A program made the position numbers and the translations under genes. 64,000 bases of DNA from Diplonema japonicum (taxonomy: Eukaryota; Protista; Euglenozoa: Diplonemea), in NCBI GenBank assembly GCA_964019335.1, contig OZ025703.1:124001-188000 (forward strand), in the 5' to 3' direction. Shown here in pieces: positions 11,501 through 24,245 of the stretch. Within the stretch, counting starts at the first letter, position 1. Every line of letters begins with the position of its first letter. The notes under the pieces are model-generated. The model was not told the DNA's origin. It did not search any database and saw only the letters and a list, made by a program, of their open reading frames with translations.

Positions 11501-14500
11501 AGGAAGGGGTTCATCCTTGACGGCTTCCCTCGAACAGTGGAGCAGGCAAGGATGCTCGACGCACTTCTAGTATCTAATAATGAAGCTGTAAGCACTGTTC
11601 TGTCACTCGATGTCCCTGACAGCATTCTCGAGGAGAGGATCTGTGGGAGGTGGATCCACAAGGCTTCTGGGCGGTCTTATCATGTGAAGTTTTCACCTCC
11701 TAAGTCGTTGGCTGGGAGAGAGGCTTCTATCGAAACGATGCTTGATGATGAGACAAGTGAACCACTTGTTCAACGGGCTGACGACACTGCTGAGGCATTG
11801 AAGTCTCGACTTGAAGCTTATCACAAGCAAACTGTTCCAGTTCTCGAGCACTACGAAAAACTTGTAAAACCTGTCGATGGGAACAAGGACAAGGAGCTCA
11901 TCTATTGCGACATAGCACGTGCTCTCTGCATCCCTCAACGAGGGGATGACGTGTATAGAAAGCACAATAGTGAGCAAGCCGCCACTGCGTGTGCAGAAGA
12001 AACCATACAAGCACTGGAACTGCTACACGAAGCCGACCCACAACAGGAATTCGTAAATTTCATTGTACGCAGCAACAAGCGCAACATCATCATCCTCTTC
12101 GGTCCCCCTGGTGCAGGGAAAGGCTCCCAAGCACCTAAAATTGTTGATTCTCTGAGAATACCACAGCTGTCGACAGGTGACATGCTTCGAGCTGCTGTTG
12201 CCGCAAAAACAGAAGCAGGACTGGCGGCACAGTCGGTGATGGCTGCTGGGGGTCTTGTCTCTGATGAGATTGTGATGGGCATTGTGAAGGACAGGATTAA
12301 AGAGAGCGACTGTGACGAAGGCTTCATCCTTGACGGCTTCCCTCGAACAATGGAACAGGCAAGGATGCTGGATGAACTTCTGAAGGCAACCCAAGAAGCT
12401 GTGGGCACTGTTCTGTCACTCGATGTCCCTGACAGCATTCTTGAGGAGAGGATCTGTGGGAGGTGGATCCACAAGGCATCTGGTCGGTCTTACCATGTGA
12501 AGTTTTCACCTCCTAAGTCGTTGGCTGGGAGAGAGGCTTCTACCGAAACGATGCTTGATGATGAGACAAGTGAACCACTTGTTCAACGGGCTGACGACAC
12601 TGCTGAGGCATTGAAGTCTCGACTTGAAGCTTATCACAAGCAAACTGTTCCTCTGTTGGGCCATTATGAAGCTGTTGTGAAGTCTGTTGATGGGAACAAG
12701 GACAAGGGACTCATCTGGCGGGACATAGCTTCTGTGCTGTCCATTGAGGTGAAACCGGCAAAGGAAGAACCTAAAGCAGTTGAGCCTGTGAAGGAAGAGG
12801 AGAGAGGTGTTGAGCCAACAGCAAAGAACTCCAGCAGGAGGATACTCATCATGTTTGGTCCCCCTGGTGCAGGGAAAGGCTCCCAAGCACCAAAGATCGT
12901 TGAAGCACTTGGCATACCACAGCTGTCGACAGGAGACATGCTTCGGGCTGCTGTTGCTGCGAAAACAGAAGCGGGGCTGGCGGCACAATCAGTGATGGCT
13001 GCTGGGGGTCTTGTCTCTGATGAGATTGTGATGGGCATTGTGAAGGACAGGATCCTTGAAGACGACTGCAGGAAGGGGTTCATCCTTGACGGCTTCCCTC
13101 GAACAATGGAACAGGCAAGGATGCTGGATGAGCTTCTGAAGGCAACACAAGAAGCTGTGGGCACTGTTCTGTCACTCGATGTCCCTGACAGCATTCTCGA
13201 GGAGAGGATCTGTGGGAGGTGGATCCACAAGGCTTCTGGGCGGTCTTATCATGTGAAGTTTTCACCTCCTAAGTCGTTGGCTGGGAGAGAGGCTTCTACC
13301 GAAACGATGCTTGATGATGAGACAAGTGAACCACTTGTTCAACGGGCTGACGACACTGCTGAGGCATTGAAGTCTCGACTTGAAGCTTATCACAAGCAAA
13401 CTGTTCCTCTGTTGGGCCATTATGAAGCTGTTGTGAAGTCTGTTGATGGGAACAAGGACAAGGGACTCATCTGGCGGGACATAGCTTCTGTGCTGTCCAT
13501 TGAGGTGAAACCAGCAAATGAGCCTGTGAAGGAAGAGGAGAGAGGTGTTGAGCCAACAGCAAAGAGCTCCAACAGGAGGATACTCATCATGTTTGGCCCC
13601 CCTGGTGCAGGGAAAGGCTCCCAAGCACCTAAAATCGTTGAAGCACTTGACATACCACAGCTGTCGACAGGAGACATGCTTCGGGCTGCTGTTGCTGCAA
13701 AAACAAAAGCGGGACTGGCGGCACAGTCGGTGATGGCTGCTGGGGGTCTTGTCTCTGATGAGATTGTGATGGACATTGTGAAGGACAGGATCCTTGAAGA
13801 CGACTGCAGGAAGGGGTTCATCCTTGACGGCTTCCCTCGAACAATGGAACAGGCAAGGATGCTGGATGAGCTTCTGAAGGCAACACAAGAAGCTGTGGGC
13901 ACTGTTCTGTCACTCGATGTCCCTGACAGCATTCTCGAGGAGAGGATCTGTGGGAGGTGGATCCACAAGGCTTCTGGGCGGTCTTATCATGTGAAGTTTT
14001 CACCTCCTAAGTCGTTGGCTGGGAGAGAGGCTTCTACCGAAACGATGCTTGATGATGAGACAAGTGAACCACTTGTTCAACGGGCTGACGACACTGCTGA
14101 GGCATTGAAGTCTCGACTTGAAGCTTATCACAAGCAAACTGTTCCTCTGTTGGGCCATTATGAAGCTGTTGTGAAGTCTGTTGATGGGAACAAGGACAAG
14201 GGACTCATCTGGCGGGACATAGCTTCTGTGCTGTCCATTGAGGTGAAGCCTGTGAAGGAAGAGAAAAAAGCTATTGAGGAAAAACCGAGAAGAGAACTAC
14301 CGCCTTTAAAGAAAGTATGCAAAGAGAAACCCCTCCTCGCACTGAAGAAAGCTAACATCATTACTATTATTATCTTTTTTTTTTTTTTTTTTTTTTCAAG
14401 GCTGACAGATCTGTAATGATGGTGGAGCTAGAAAAGTGGCAGGACCTATCCTTGATTGTCAATGAAGGCCTCCCAGATGTAGTGATGAATGAGGTGAAAG

Positions 14501-14697
14501 AGGAGAACAGTAAGAGGAAACATTTGTGCGAGCGAGAGGTATGAGGGATTGGGGTGGGGTGGGATAGAAAGATTTCAAAGGTCGAACTGCGCAAGAGAAC
14601 GCTGATGAGGGTGGCAGTTGACATCAATAGGTACAGGAAGAAAGAAAAGCTACCACCAGTTTTGTTGTTTTCACAAAAGGCAGTGCGGGAGTCGTAA
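8501..14697 (+). CDS. Multidomain adenylate kinase: N-terminal CS/PIH1-CS-like and PDZ-like domains followed by six tandem AK domains; introns 14315-14400 and 14539-14571
   Basis: Six copies of [12 protein letters not shown] / LSTGDMLR / [10 protein letters not shown] / [15 protein letters not shown] / QRADD. Splicing extends the ORF to ...QKAVRES*; the last acceptor is less certain. Confidence 0.92.
9752..14245 (+). repeat. Tandem array of six near-identical adenylate kinase coding units (period about 740-810 nt)
   Basis: Units start near 9752, 10511, 11270, 12083, 12842 and 13580 and share long stretches of identical nucleotide sequence. Confidence 0.95.
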
Positions 14698-15150
14698 TTT
14701 TGTTCCCCACACCCCCCCCTTTTTTTTTGTAACATTAGAAAGTGTGGGAAGAAAGAAAAAAAAGAATGCTTATGCAATCATCTTCCCTCTAACTTCACCT
14801 TTGGACCCCATAAGTGCTTTACAGTAACTCGTCCCCTTCCCCACGCCTCCACAATGCGACCGAGGAAAAAAAAAAAGAAAGAAGAAAGAACCCCCCCCCC
14901 CCCCCCCTTGCTATTCTCAGATTCATTCACCAGCTTACGTGGGGGTATAAAACCCCACACCACTTACCCGTAAGCGAGAAAGAAAAAAAAAAAAAAAAAC
15001 CCCGCCCGCCCGTTTTTTTTTTTTTTTTTTTTTTCTCTCTCTGCCTCCTATGTTTAATATTTTCTTTTTTTTTTTTCCTTCTTTTTTTTTTTTCTTTTTT
15101 ACATTCCCCATTTTATCCCCCTGCCCCAAAAGGGAAGGGGGAAAAAAAAA

Positions 15151-16086
15151 ATGGAAAAAGAAAATCGGTATATGTCCCCAGCTAAGTCCCCGCGGTACGC
15201 GCGGGCATGGGAAAGCCCTGTAAAGGAGAGGAAAAGAGTGGGGTTGAGCGTTATGGTTGCAGCAGAGGTCAACGGTGCTGTGAAAAACGTGAAATTTGTG
15301 CACGCAGCGCGGCCGACAATCAAGATGCTGGTGGCGGAGATCGAGAAAGAATTCGAAAAAAACCAGCAGGACTTCCACGCCGAGTCCGTGCAGGTCTTTG
15401 CCGAAGACGCCCAGACATGGGTCCCCCTCTCGAGACAGTCGCAAATAATCCATAACGCGCAAATTTTTGTCAGGCAAACTCCACCACCGCCGTGTGAAAT
15501 CTTGCCTCCTGAAAAGATCACCACTCCCCGCAGAGGGAGGTCTTCTCTGCGATCTAGTACCCCTCCAAAGTCCGCAACACGATCGCAAAGTGCGGCACGG
15601 CGGTTATTCAGCGACAAGCTTGCAGTGGTGTACCAAGAATACTGCGGGAAGAACTCGGTCAGATACTTCAAGGAAAAGCTTCACGAGAAGGGTCTTGATT
15701 CTGAGGAACTCTTGGAGACGTTAAAGGAATCGCTTGGTTATGGTGCCACTAAGGTGTCACTTGCCCAGTTCAACAGGTGGGGGAGGAAGAATGAACGGTT
15801 TATAGAGTTGATGTACACCACACGGAAGCAGACGGCGAGGGTGTCGCCACCACGGCCCTCGCAGCCGCCTACTCCCACGCCCTTGCCCCTGCCACAGCAG
15901 CATGTGGCATCTGAGACACCATGGTACCCTCCTACCGAGGCTGAGCTCGAGCAATATTCCCCTGCTTGGCGGGAGACTCAGCATAAACCCCTGAAGGCCT
16001 GGCTCAATCAGGAGATACAGAGATTGGAAGAAGAGCATAGACACAAAATCGCAAAATTATATGCTGAGCTTGAGGAAATGGGGTAA
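15151..16086 (+). CDS. BILBO1-family protein (BILBO1 N-terminal domain, degenerate EF-hand region, short coiled coil)
   Basis: VMVAAEVNG..N....RPTI..L....E..F...FH....VF.E....WV.L....Q.....Q.FV.Q matches the pattern I recall for the trypanosome BILBO1 N-terminal domain; followed by KLAVVY...SLAQFNRWG...ELMY, resembling its EF-hand segment. Confidence 0.7.
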   Translation: MEKENRYMSPAKSPRYARAWESPVKERKRVGLSVMVAAEVNGAVKNVKFVHAARPTIKMLVAEIEKEFEKNQQDFHAESVQVFAEDAQTWVPLSRQSQIIHNAQIFVRQTPPPPCEILPPEKITTPRRGRSSLRSSTPPKSATRSQSAARRLFSDKLAVVYQEYCGKNSVRYFKEKLHEKGLDSEELLETLKESLGYGATKVSLAQFNRWGRKNERFIELMYTTRKQTARVSPPRPSQPPTPTPLPLPQQHVASETPWYPPTEAELEQYSPAWRETQHKPLKAWLNQEIQRLEEEHRHKIAKLYAELEEMG

Positions 16087-16272
16087 ATGAATGGGGGGTT
16101 GGGGGGGGGGGGGGGAATATTGTATAAGAATGGGGGGGGGGGGGCGTAGATTTCTTTGTACATTTAGATGCTGTAAAAAAAGAAGAAAAAATGCGAACGA
16201 AAATAAACACCCTATTTTTCTTTTTTGGGGTCAGTTCTCTCTGAGAGTGACAAAGGCTGGTACTTCAAGCTC

Positions 16273-16304
<32 letters not shown>

Positions 16305-16343
16305 GGCGGGCCGTTGCTAACCACTTCGTTCCTACCATAGTGA
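16305..16343 (-). repeat. Dispersed ~40-bp repeat abutting a T-run (poly(A)-tailed on - strand), copy 1
   Basis: GGCGGGCCGTTGCTAACCACTTCGTTCCTACCATAGTGA is nearly identical to 35781-35820. Confidence 0.8.
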
Positions 16344-16930
16344 ATTTTTTTTAAAGCTCATTTGATGTATAAGAGAGTGAGAGAGGGAGGAGGGAAAATG
16401 TATTAAAAAAAAGGGAACAGTAAAAAAAAATATATATATAAATTTATAAACAAGCCTTCCCACCACACTTTATACAAGTGTGCTCGACAGGAAAGCTTTC
16501 TTCTTCTTTTTTTTTTTTAATGGTCTCTTTTTCTTTTTGTATCCCTTTCTCTTTTGCTTCTCCCTTTTTCTTTTCTTTTTTTTTTTTTTTAACAGTATTG
16601 TTGTCGAGACTAAAAACTAGCTGATGGCAGCGTAATTAGCTATTTTAGTAGGTAAAATCCCGCGCTCGTGCACACAAACAAATGAAGCGCCAAACTAGTT
16701 CTTTTTCTCTTCTTTTGAATTCCTAGGCCCTTGCACCTCCCCGTTCTTTCATTAGAATCGATGCAGTCACCGTAGTGGGAACCTGCAAGGCGCTGGTAGT
16801 TTATCTCCTTTTCTCTCTTTCCCACTTGTATTTGTGAATCAGTCAGCTCCACTCCCTTTTTTTTTTTTTATTTTTTTTTTTATTTCAACTTTTTCAGTCT
16901 TATTAACCAAACACGTTCCAGATATACACG

Positions 16931-16955
<25 letters not shown>

Positions 16956-16962
<7 letters not shown>

Positions 16963-19900
16963 CACCTGCCGCCTCTGTGATTCCGGCTGCTACTCCTATG
17001 GGCATTGTTCCTGCAACACCTGCAGCAATGCCAGGTGCGGCAACCCCGATCACCCATGGAGCTGTTCCCAGCACACCTGCCTCTACTGCTCCTCCTGCCG
17101 GGCACTGTGTGTTTCCTGGCTGGCACATCCAGAGCATCAAGCTGTTCCCTGCGTGAGTCTAGAATTTCCTCAGCAAACGGTCATGATGATCTTTTACACT
17201 ACACATCTTAATGTAACCCTGGTGTCTTTTTTTTTTTTTTTTTTGTTCTCTTCTCTGTTTTTTTTTTTCTTCAACCCCCCCAAGAAAACCCCACTCCCCC
17301 AGGCTTAGAGGGAAGATGTCACGGGTGAATGGCACCTCGCCCCCAACGTCCCCAAACGAGTATCTATTGACCCCTGAGCAGGAGTCGGGGACGTCCCCCC
17401 GACGAGGGTCTGTGAATGCTGGGGTGAACCTGGTCAGCCCGAGGGAATACCGACATGGGGCAAGGAAGCTGAGCACGGACGGAAGCAGGAGGGGCAGCAT
17501 GATACCTGAGTCGAGAAGGGGCAGCTCTGTGTCTGTGATGAGCATGGCAGACATGCAGAAAGCAGCGTGCCTCAGCGTCTTCAGCAGCAAGGAGGTCAAG
17601 GAGCTTCTCGCCGTGGGCGACAAGGTGTGGACTGCCGACCGTCGTGTCCCTGCGAACGTCTCAATCAGGTCAGCGGAGACCGGCGAGATCGAGAAAGAGC
17701 TCAAGCCACCCAACAAGACCGACTACGAATCAAAGGACAAGGTTAAGGAGCACATTTTCCCCTGGTCCCTCATCCACGTGAAGTTCCCCAAGGCTGAGCG
17801 CAGGCAACCTGAGTACAGCACATCCGATGAAGAGGAGTCCCAAGCACAGCCGCGTAGCATGCACCGTGAGGGCTCCATCACCGCCCGACGCAGAGCCAGC
17901 CTCAGCACCAGCAACAGAGGCTCCTCGCAGCTCAAGAGAGTCCCCTCGAAAGGCCCCTCAGCACCACCCCCGAAAGGCCAAACCGGAAGCAGCGGCAAAA
18001 GACAGCCACCCAAGCAGCCTGTCGAGGAAAAGAGGAAGATGTGCGAGTACGTGGACGAAGTGTGGGTGGGGTACAGCAACGGGAGCATCAGATGCTTCGA
18101 TGCGATAACAGGGCAGTTCATCGAGGAAATGAAAGAGCAGGGTGGCGTGTACTGCATGCTGCTGTGGGGGGAATACGTGTACAGCGGGAGCAACGACTGG
18201 ACCATCAGGAAGTGGGATGCTGCAAAGAAAGTTGTCATTGGGCAATTCCTACCTGGCGAGACTGGACATTCAAACTCTGTGCGTGCCGTCCAGATCGCAG
18301 GCACTTCGCTGGCAACCGGTTCCGACGACTTCACAATCCGTCTGTGGGACCACGCCCTGGTGGGGCAGGACAGCTACTCAACGACTGGAAGATGCACTAA
18401 GGTGCTGACGGGACACAAGGCCTCTGTGCTGACTTTAGCGTGGTGTGAGAAGAGACTGTGGTCAGGCAGCGAAGACGCCACTGTGATGGTGTGGGACATC
18501 GAGAGGGGTGTCGCCCTCAGGACACTGACCGACACGAGGCACGTTGTGACAAAGCTTGTAGCGCTGCCCAGGATACACAGGGTGATGTGCTGCTCCGTTG
18601 ACAATGTGGTGCGTGTGTACGACGGGCGCTCGATGCGGTTAGTGTCGGAACTGGAAGGGCACACAGGTTTCGTGCACTCGTGCGCTCCAGTGGCTACAGA
18701 ACTTCGCTACGTAGTGTGGAGCAGCAGCCAGGACGGCACCCTGCGCGTGTGGCAGGTGGCAGGGGATGACAAACCTGAGTCGACATCTAAGTTCGTCAGG
18801 GACATGGACGAGAACGACGATGCGCACTACTTGCGCTGGAAGATCAGCGACCATGAGGCACGCGAGTCGGCCCTTCAGAGGGAGCTCGATGACCTCAGGA
18901 ACAAGCACCAGCTGGCACGACAGGAAGCGGACAACAACCGCAATCAGTTGAAACAGCTGGAGCACGCTAACAGGTTGCAGGAAGACGAACTTGCCGACCT
19001 GCGCGGGATGCAGGACGAGTTCAACGACGAACACGAGAGGCGCACCATGCTGCAGAACGATCTCGCAGACCGTGACGGCGAGATCGCAAAGCTGAAGAGA
19101 GAGCTACAACGCCTGCGCGGGGAGAACGACAGGGAAGGGGACGACAAGGCGGCGCACTTGAGGACGATAGCTGACCTGAGGAAGGAATTGGAAGCCTTGC
19201 GAGGGAAGTTTGCGGCAGCCGAAGAGGCAAAGGAAGGAGCACAAGCCAGGCTGGCCGATCTGCAGCAGCACCTGGACCGCGAAAAGTACAAACTCGACGA
19301 GGAATCGAAGAGGCGTCTCGACGAACACGCTACCAAGGAAAACCTGCTGGCGCAGCTGCAACAACAGCTAGACGATGCGCTGGATGAGAGGGACAGATAC
19401 ATGGACGAGGCGAGGAACCTAAGCGCTGTCAACGCAGACCTGAAGAAGAGGCTGAGCATCCAAGCGAAGGACATTAACAGGCAAAAAGGAGATGCGAAGT
19501 CACTGTCCGAACTCGAGGCGGACACAAGAGAGGCGATTAGGCTGGAGAGGGATCTGTTGAACCAAGCCGTGGGAAGACAACAGGCGGAGCTTCTTGCGAT
19601 GCAAGAAGCGCTCGACAGAAAGTCCATCCAGTGCCTAGGATTGGAGAACGTCTTAAGCATCATGAACACACGCGCTGCCATCTACGAGACACGTGCCAAC
19701 GGCATGGAAGCCGCGTCCATGATGAATGATTCCCTCGCTGCGGAGCTTGCTGCGTTGAAAGCAAAGCTGAACGCACGCACCCACGAGGCAGAAAAGGTCC
19801 CCGGGATGCTGTCCACGATCGAGGAGAACGAGCAGCTCCTCGACTCCCTCAGGAGGGAACTCGATGCTGCGAAGACGAAACTACAGGACAACGAAGACGA

Positions 19901-21097
19901 GCTGGAACAGATCAGGAACGAGCTGGACAGCGACAACGCCGTAAAGAGAAAGAACGGCATGCTGGCGGTATGAAACCAAGAAAAAAAGAGAAAAAAAGAA
20001 GAAAAAAAAAAAAAAGGATGAACTGAGCGACATCCGCAAAAGCAAGGAAAAACTCCAAAAGGAGCTGGCCGACGTCCGCGAGAAGCTACACGCAGTAGAG
20101 GACGAGAGGGACGCGCTTCAAGACGAAGTAGACAGGCTACGTGGCATCGAGATCAAGGCGAGGAACTCAGGAGAAGAGACAGACAAGCTTTTATCAGAAA
20201 TGGGCAACCTGCGTGACAAATCTAAGAAGCTGACAGGCGAACGAGACGATTTACAGAAGGACCTTGATGCATGCAAGGCCGAACTAGCCGAGATGCGTGA
20301 TGAGCTTGATGAACTTCGGAAGCTTAAGACAGAGCTCGACGATATCAGGGCAGAGCGCGACACGCTGCAGGAGGAGAAGGAAACATGGGAGGAAAAACTC
20401 CGCCAGATCAGAAGCGAGATCGACGACCGCGAAGCAAGAGTGGCAAGGAGCGAAGAAGTACTCGCAGGGATGCGGTTGGAAAGCTCCGAGCTTGAGGAAA
20501 AACTTCGAAAAATGAAGGAACGGGAAGCAGAGCTTGCCGCAGAAATGAACTCCGACCGTTCACAACTAGAAGACCTCATGAGCAGGATGCAGGAGGAGCA
20601 AGACTCGGAGCACTACAACTTCATTCTTCGATCGAGAACCGACTTTATCCAAGCTGTCTACGACTGGCTGCTCTGCTCCGCAATGGCACGCCGCCATGCA
20701 AAGAAATCTGACTTGACAGCACCTGGTGCCATGGACGCGCTTATCGCCGCCATCGAAGGAGCCTACAAGAGAGGTCACTACATCCTATCGAATTATGTAA
20801 GCGAGCTTGAGAAGGTATAACAAAAAAAGAAAAAAAAAAAGAAGAAAAAAAACAGCACCACTTGGGGGTGTCTCCGTCTCTGTACCCGCCCGACCTAGTC
20901 CTCCAGCAGATGTTCAGGTCGCAGCGGAGTGAGTGCGAGAAATTCTTGAGGGGGAACCCTGCCAAGGCGAACCTTGCGTCCATAACGAGGCTTGGTGTGG
21001 TTGTGGAAGGGAGCATGGCTGCTACAGTGGGATCCTCGCAAGGATCTCCTCGACTCTCGAGGAGGTCGCCCAGCAAAGAAGTGTATGAAAAAAAAAA

Positions 21098-21131
<34 letters not shown>

Positions 21132-21521
21132 CGGTCATTCACACCCCCTGCGGCGTATAGACGGGCCCACTCTGAGCTAGGTAAGAGGACGTCGAGGACT
21201 TACTCACCCCCTGCCAAGGCAGTGCCTCAAACTTTGCGTAGAAAGCAGCAGAAGGCTCCACTGACCTACCTTCCCTCTGCCTTGGAGCCGTCGTCTCCTA
21301 CGCGTACCATGTCGAGAACGCTTTCAAGCCCTGTAGCTCCTCCAGCTGCAATGAGCTCTGGAAGTTTTCCTGTCCCCAGAGGTGGATCGCCTCTGCCGAG
21401 AGGCGGATCACCATCCACACCTGTTTCCCCTGAGATTAAGGACGGCTCGACGGGAGCACTTGTGTTCAAAAGACAGTTAACAGTTGGGAAAAGGAAAGTA
21501 TTGAAGAAGGCAAAGGCATAA
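16956..21521 (+). CDS. WD40-repeat plus long coiled-coil protein; exons 16956-17152, 17303-19967, 20017-20814, 20856-21082, 21131-21521
   Basis: GH...WD repeats (SGSNDWTIRKWD, TGSDDFTIRLWD, SGSEDATVMVWD) then coiled coil. Four GT-AG introns join five ORF-track fragments in frame. Confidence 0.88.
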
Positions 21522-21648
21522 AAAAAAAATTTAAAAAAAAAAAATGAAACAAAGTATAAAGAAAATGTAACTTTGATGTTTCCTTTTTTTTTTTTTTTTA
21601 TTTGTTTTGCCCACCCCCTCCCCTTTAATGGGTAAGGGGGCTGGAAGG

Positions 21649-21695
<47 letters not shown>

Positions 21696-21756
21696 ATCTT
21701 CCCCTTTTCCCCCTTTATCAGCAAATTTAAAAAAAAAAAAGAAGAGGTAGCAAAAA

Positions 21757-21788
<32 letters not shown>

Positions 21789-22349
21789 AAAAAAAACATC
21801 AACGAGAAAAAATAATGTCCTTTCGCGCTTCGTGTCCCTTTTGTTACATCCCCCCTCCCCGTTCCCACCCACCCCATATTTTCTTCATTTTTTTCTGTGT
21901 GTTGCAGCATTCCCAATTACCCCCCTCCCCCATTGCCCCTTTTTCTGAAAAAAAATAGTAACAACAGCAGGAGCAATATATGTTTCCTTTATTCCCCCGC
22001 TCCCTTAGCAATCGCCCCCCAGATATTTCCCTATTTTGGTTTCCCTTCGCTCCCGATTTTCCTTGTTACTCAAGTTAATAACCCTGAGTGAAACAGAAAA
22101 AAAAGAGGGTAAAAGTTCAAAAAAAAATGAGAAATAAAAAAGAAAATCGAGGAAAAAAAAAAAAGAAGAAAAAATAAATATAAAGAAAGAGTAACTGAAG
22201 AAAAAGAGGAGGGGATGAAAAGAGCAAATTGGAAGAAAAAAAAAAAAGAAAAGAAGAAGAAATTGCCCCAGAATCATCGAGAGTAGGAGGGGAGAAAAAA
22301 AAGAAAATGGGAAGAAGAGAAAAAATCTTCATTTTCTGCCTTGTTGTGT

Positions 22350-22394
<45 letters not shown>

Positions 22395-23598
22395 ATAGCC
22401 ACTGGAATCAAAATTTTCTATTATTCTGAGGCCAAAATATGGGTAAAGGAGGGGGGGGGGGGGGGGGGGATAGAACGAAAGGATGGAGGGAAAGAAACTG
22501 AAAAAAAATAAAAACCTCAAATCCAGCTCCCAGTTCCCTTCAACAGCCCCTTTTTTTCTTTTTTTTTTCTTCCCCCATTGTGGACAAGACGCACAAAAAA
22601 AAAGTGAAACCTTGCTACCAGCATTTTCAATATGAACACAGAGCCAGGACAAATATCAAGGAAACAAGAAGGAACTCGATTTTAGTTTTTTTTTTTTTTT
22701 TCTTTTTTCTTTTTCCTCTCTTTAATTTTTCCTCAGTTTCTGTTGCAGTTGTTCGATTTTCTTTCTTTTTTTTTCTTTTTTTTTTTTCCTTTTTTTCTTT
22801 TTCCCTTTTTTTCTTTTTCCCTTCTATTTACTGGGTTTTTGTACCCCTCTGATCACTGCTCCTCTTTAAAAAAAAAAGGAGGGGGAAAAAAAAAAGAAGA
22901 ATAAGAAACAACAAAAAAAAAACCTCCTCTATTAGGTGGCACTCCTCCACGCCTCAACACTGTAGGTTGATTCTTTTAAAAAAAAGGGGGGAGGAAAAGG
23001 GCGGTGCCTTTTTTTGTTTTTTTTTTTGTTTTCTTTCCTGTCCATCTTAGTTTAGGGTAGAAGGTGGGGGGGGGGGGGGGGGGGAGCCTGAGAAAGGCTT
23101 GTTATGTTATTTGTTTTCCTTCTTTTTACACCTTCTATGTGATACAAGAACACAAACGGCGAGGACACTCATCCTCCCTTATTTTTTTTATTTTATTTTT
23201 CTTTCTCTTTTAACACATTGCAACAAAAAAAGGGGGGGGTAGGGTAAAAGAGAACGGGGGGGGGGGGGAAGAGTTATTTGCTTTTATTTACTTTACAACA
23301 AGTAGTGAATTTATATTTTTCCTTGATGAGACGGGAAAAGGTCATACTTGGTATTAAATATCTTCAAATTAGGACAACAAAAAAAGGGGGGGGGGGGAAG
23401 GCGCGAAGTTCATCGCTGTGATATTCCACCGCCGCTTGTTTCCCCTCCCCCAAAAAAAAATAGCTATTTACTGCCAACAAGTAATGATTTTACCGTTACC
23501 TCGAGGTTCTGAATATTACCACTCGGGCTACTCGGGATGGTAAAATGCGGAATCGAGAGGAGGGTAAAAAAAAGCATTACTTGGCGGTAGGTAAGTGG

Positions 23599-23778
23599 TT
23601 TTATTTCACGACACTCTGAAATTACTTCACCACGAGGGGCACAAAGGGGTGCCAAGGGGGTACAAAATTCAAAGTTGTTTTTCCCTCCTTTTTGTTGACA
23701 CAACCGAGGCAAAAAATTGGCCTGCTGAGGCAATGTAATGAGACATAGCGTGAAGTAATTTCAGAAGAGTGAATAAAA
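23599..23778. mobile_element. Small inverted-repeat (MITE-like) element
   Basis: TCTGAAATTACTTCAC (23615-23630) is exactly inverted at 23750-23765, with weaker extension outward. Confidence 0.5.
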
Positions 23779-24245
23779 AAATATATAAAAAAAAAAAAAA
23801 AAAAATAACAAACGATATGAGTTATCCCCACCCCTCCCCAGTACACGACTCCTAGTGATTCCCCACCCCCGCTTTTTTGTTTTCTTCTTTTTTTTTTTTT
23901 CTTTTTTTCTTTTTTTCTTTCTTTCCTTTGGGGAAAGCTTTCTCTTTTTTTTTTTTTTTTTTCCTTCTGCGTTTTTTTTTTTTTCTTCTCTTTTCTTCTT
24001 CTTCCCTTTATCCCACCAAAAAATAAAAAATGGAGCATGGGGACAAAGGGAAGAAGGGGAAACAGTTTCCCCCCCCCCCACCCTTTTTTTATTTCTCTCT
24101 GAAAATTTGAAAGTTTTGTTGTCTCCCCCCCACACACACACTCACCTTCACACACTTTTTTTTTTTTTTTTTTCGCCCCTTTTTTTTTTTTTACAAAAAA
24201 ACCATTTTTTCTTTTTTTCAAAAGGCGGGGAGAGCAAGAGGGAAA

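Noticed and set aside
9383-14361. Repeated antisense and alternate-frame ORFs across the AK array
   Set aside because: They recur only because the underlying AK unit is repeated.
21531-24240. Many poly-F/poly-K ORFs here and in other spacers
   Set aside because: Artefacts of A/T homopolymer runs, which lack stop codons.
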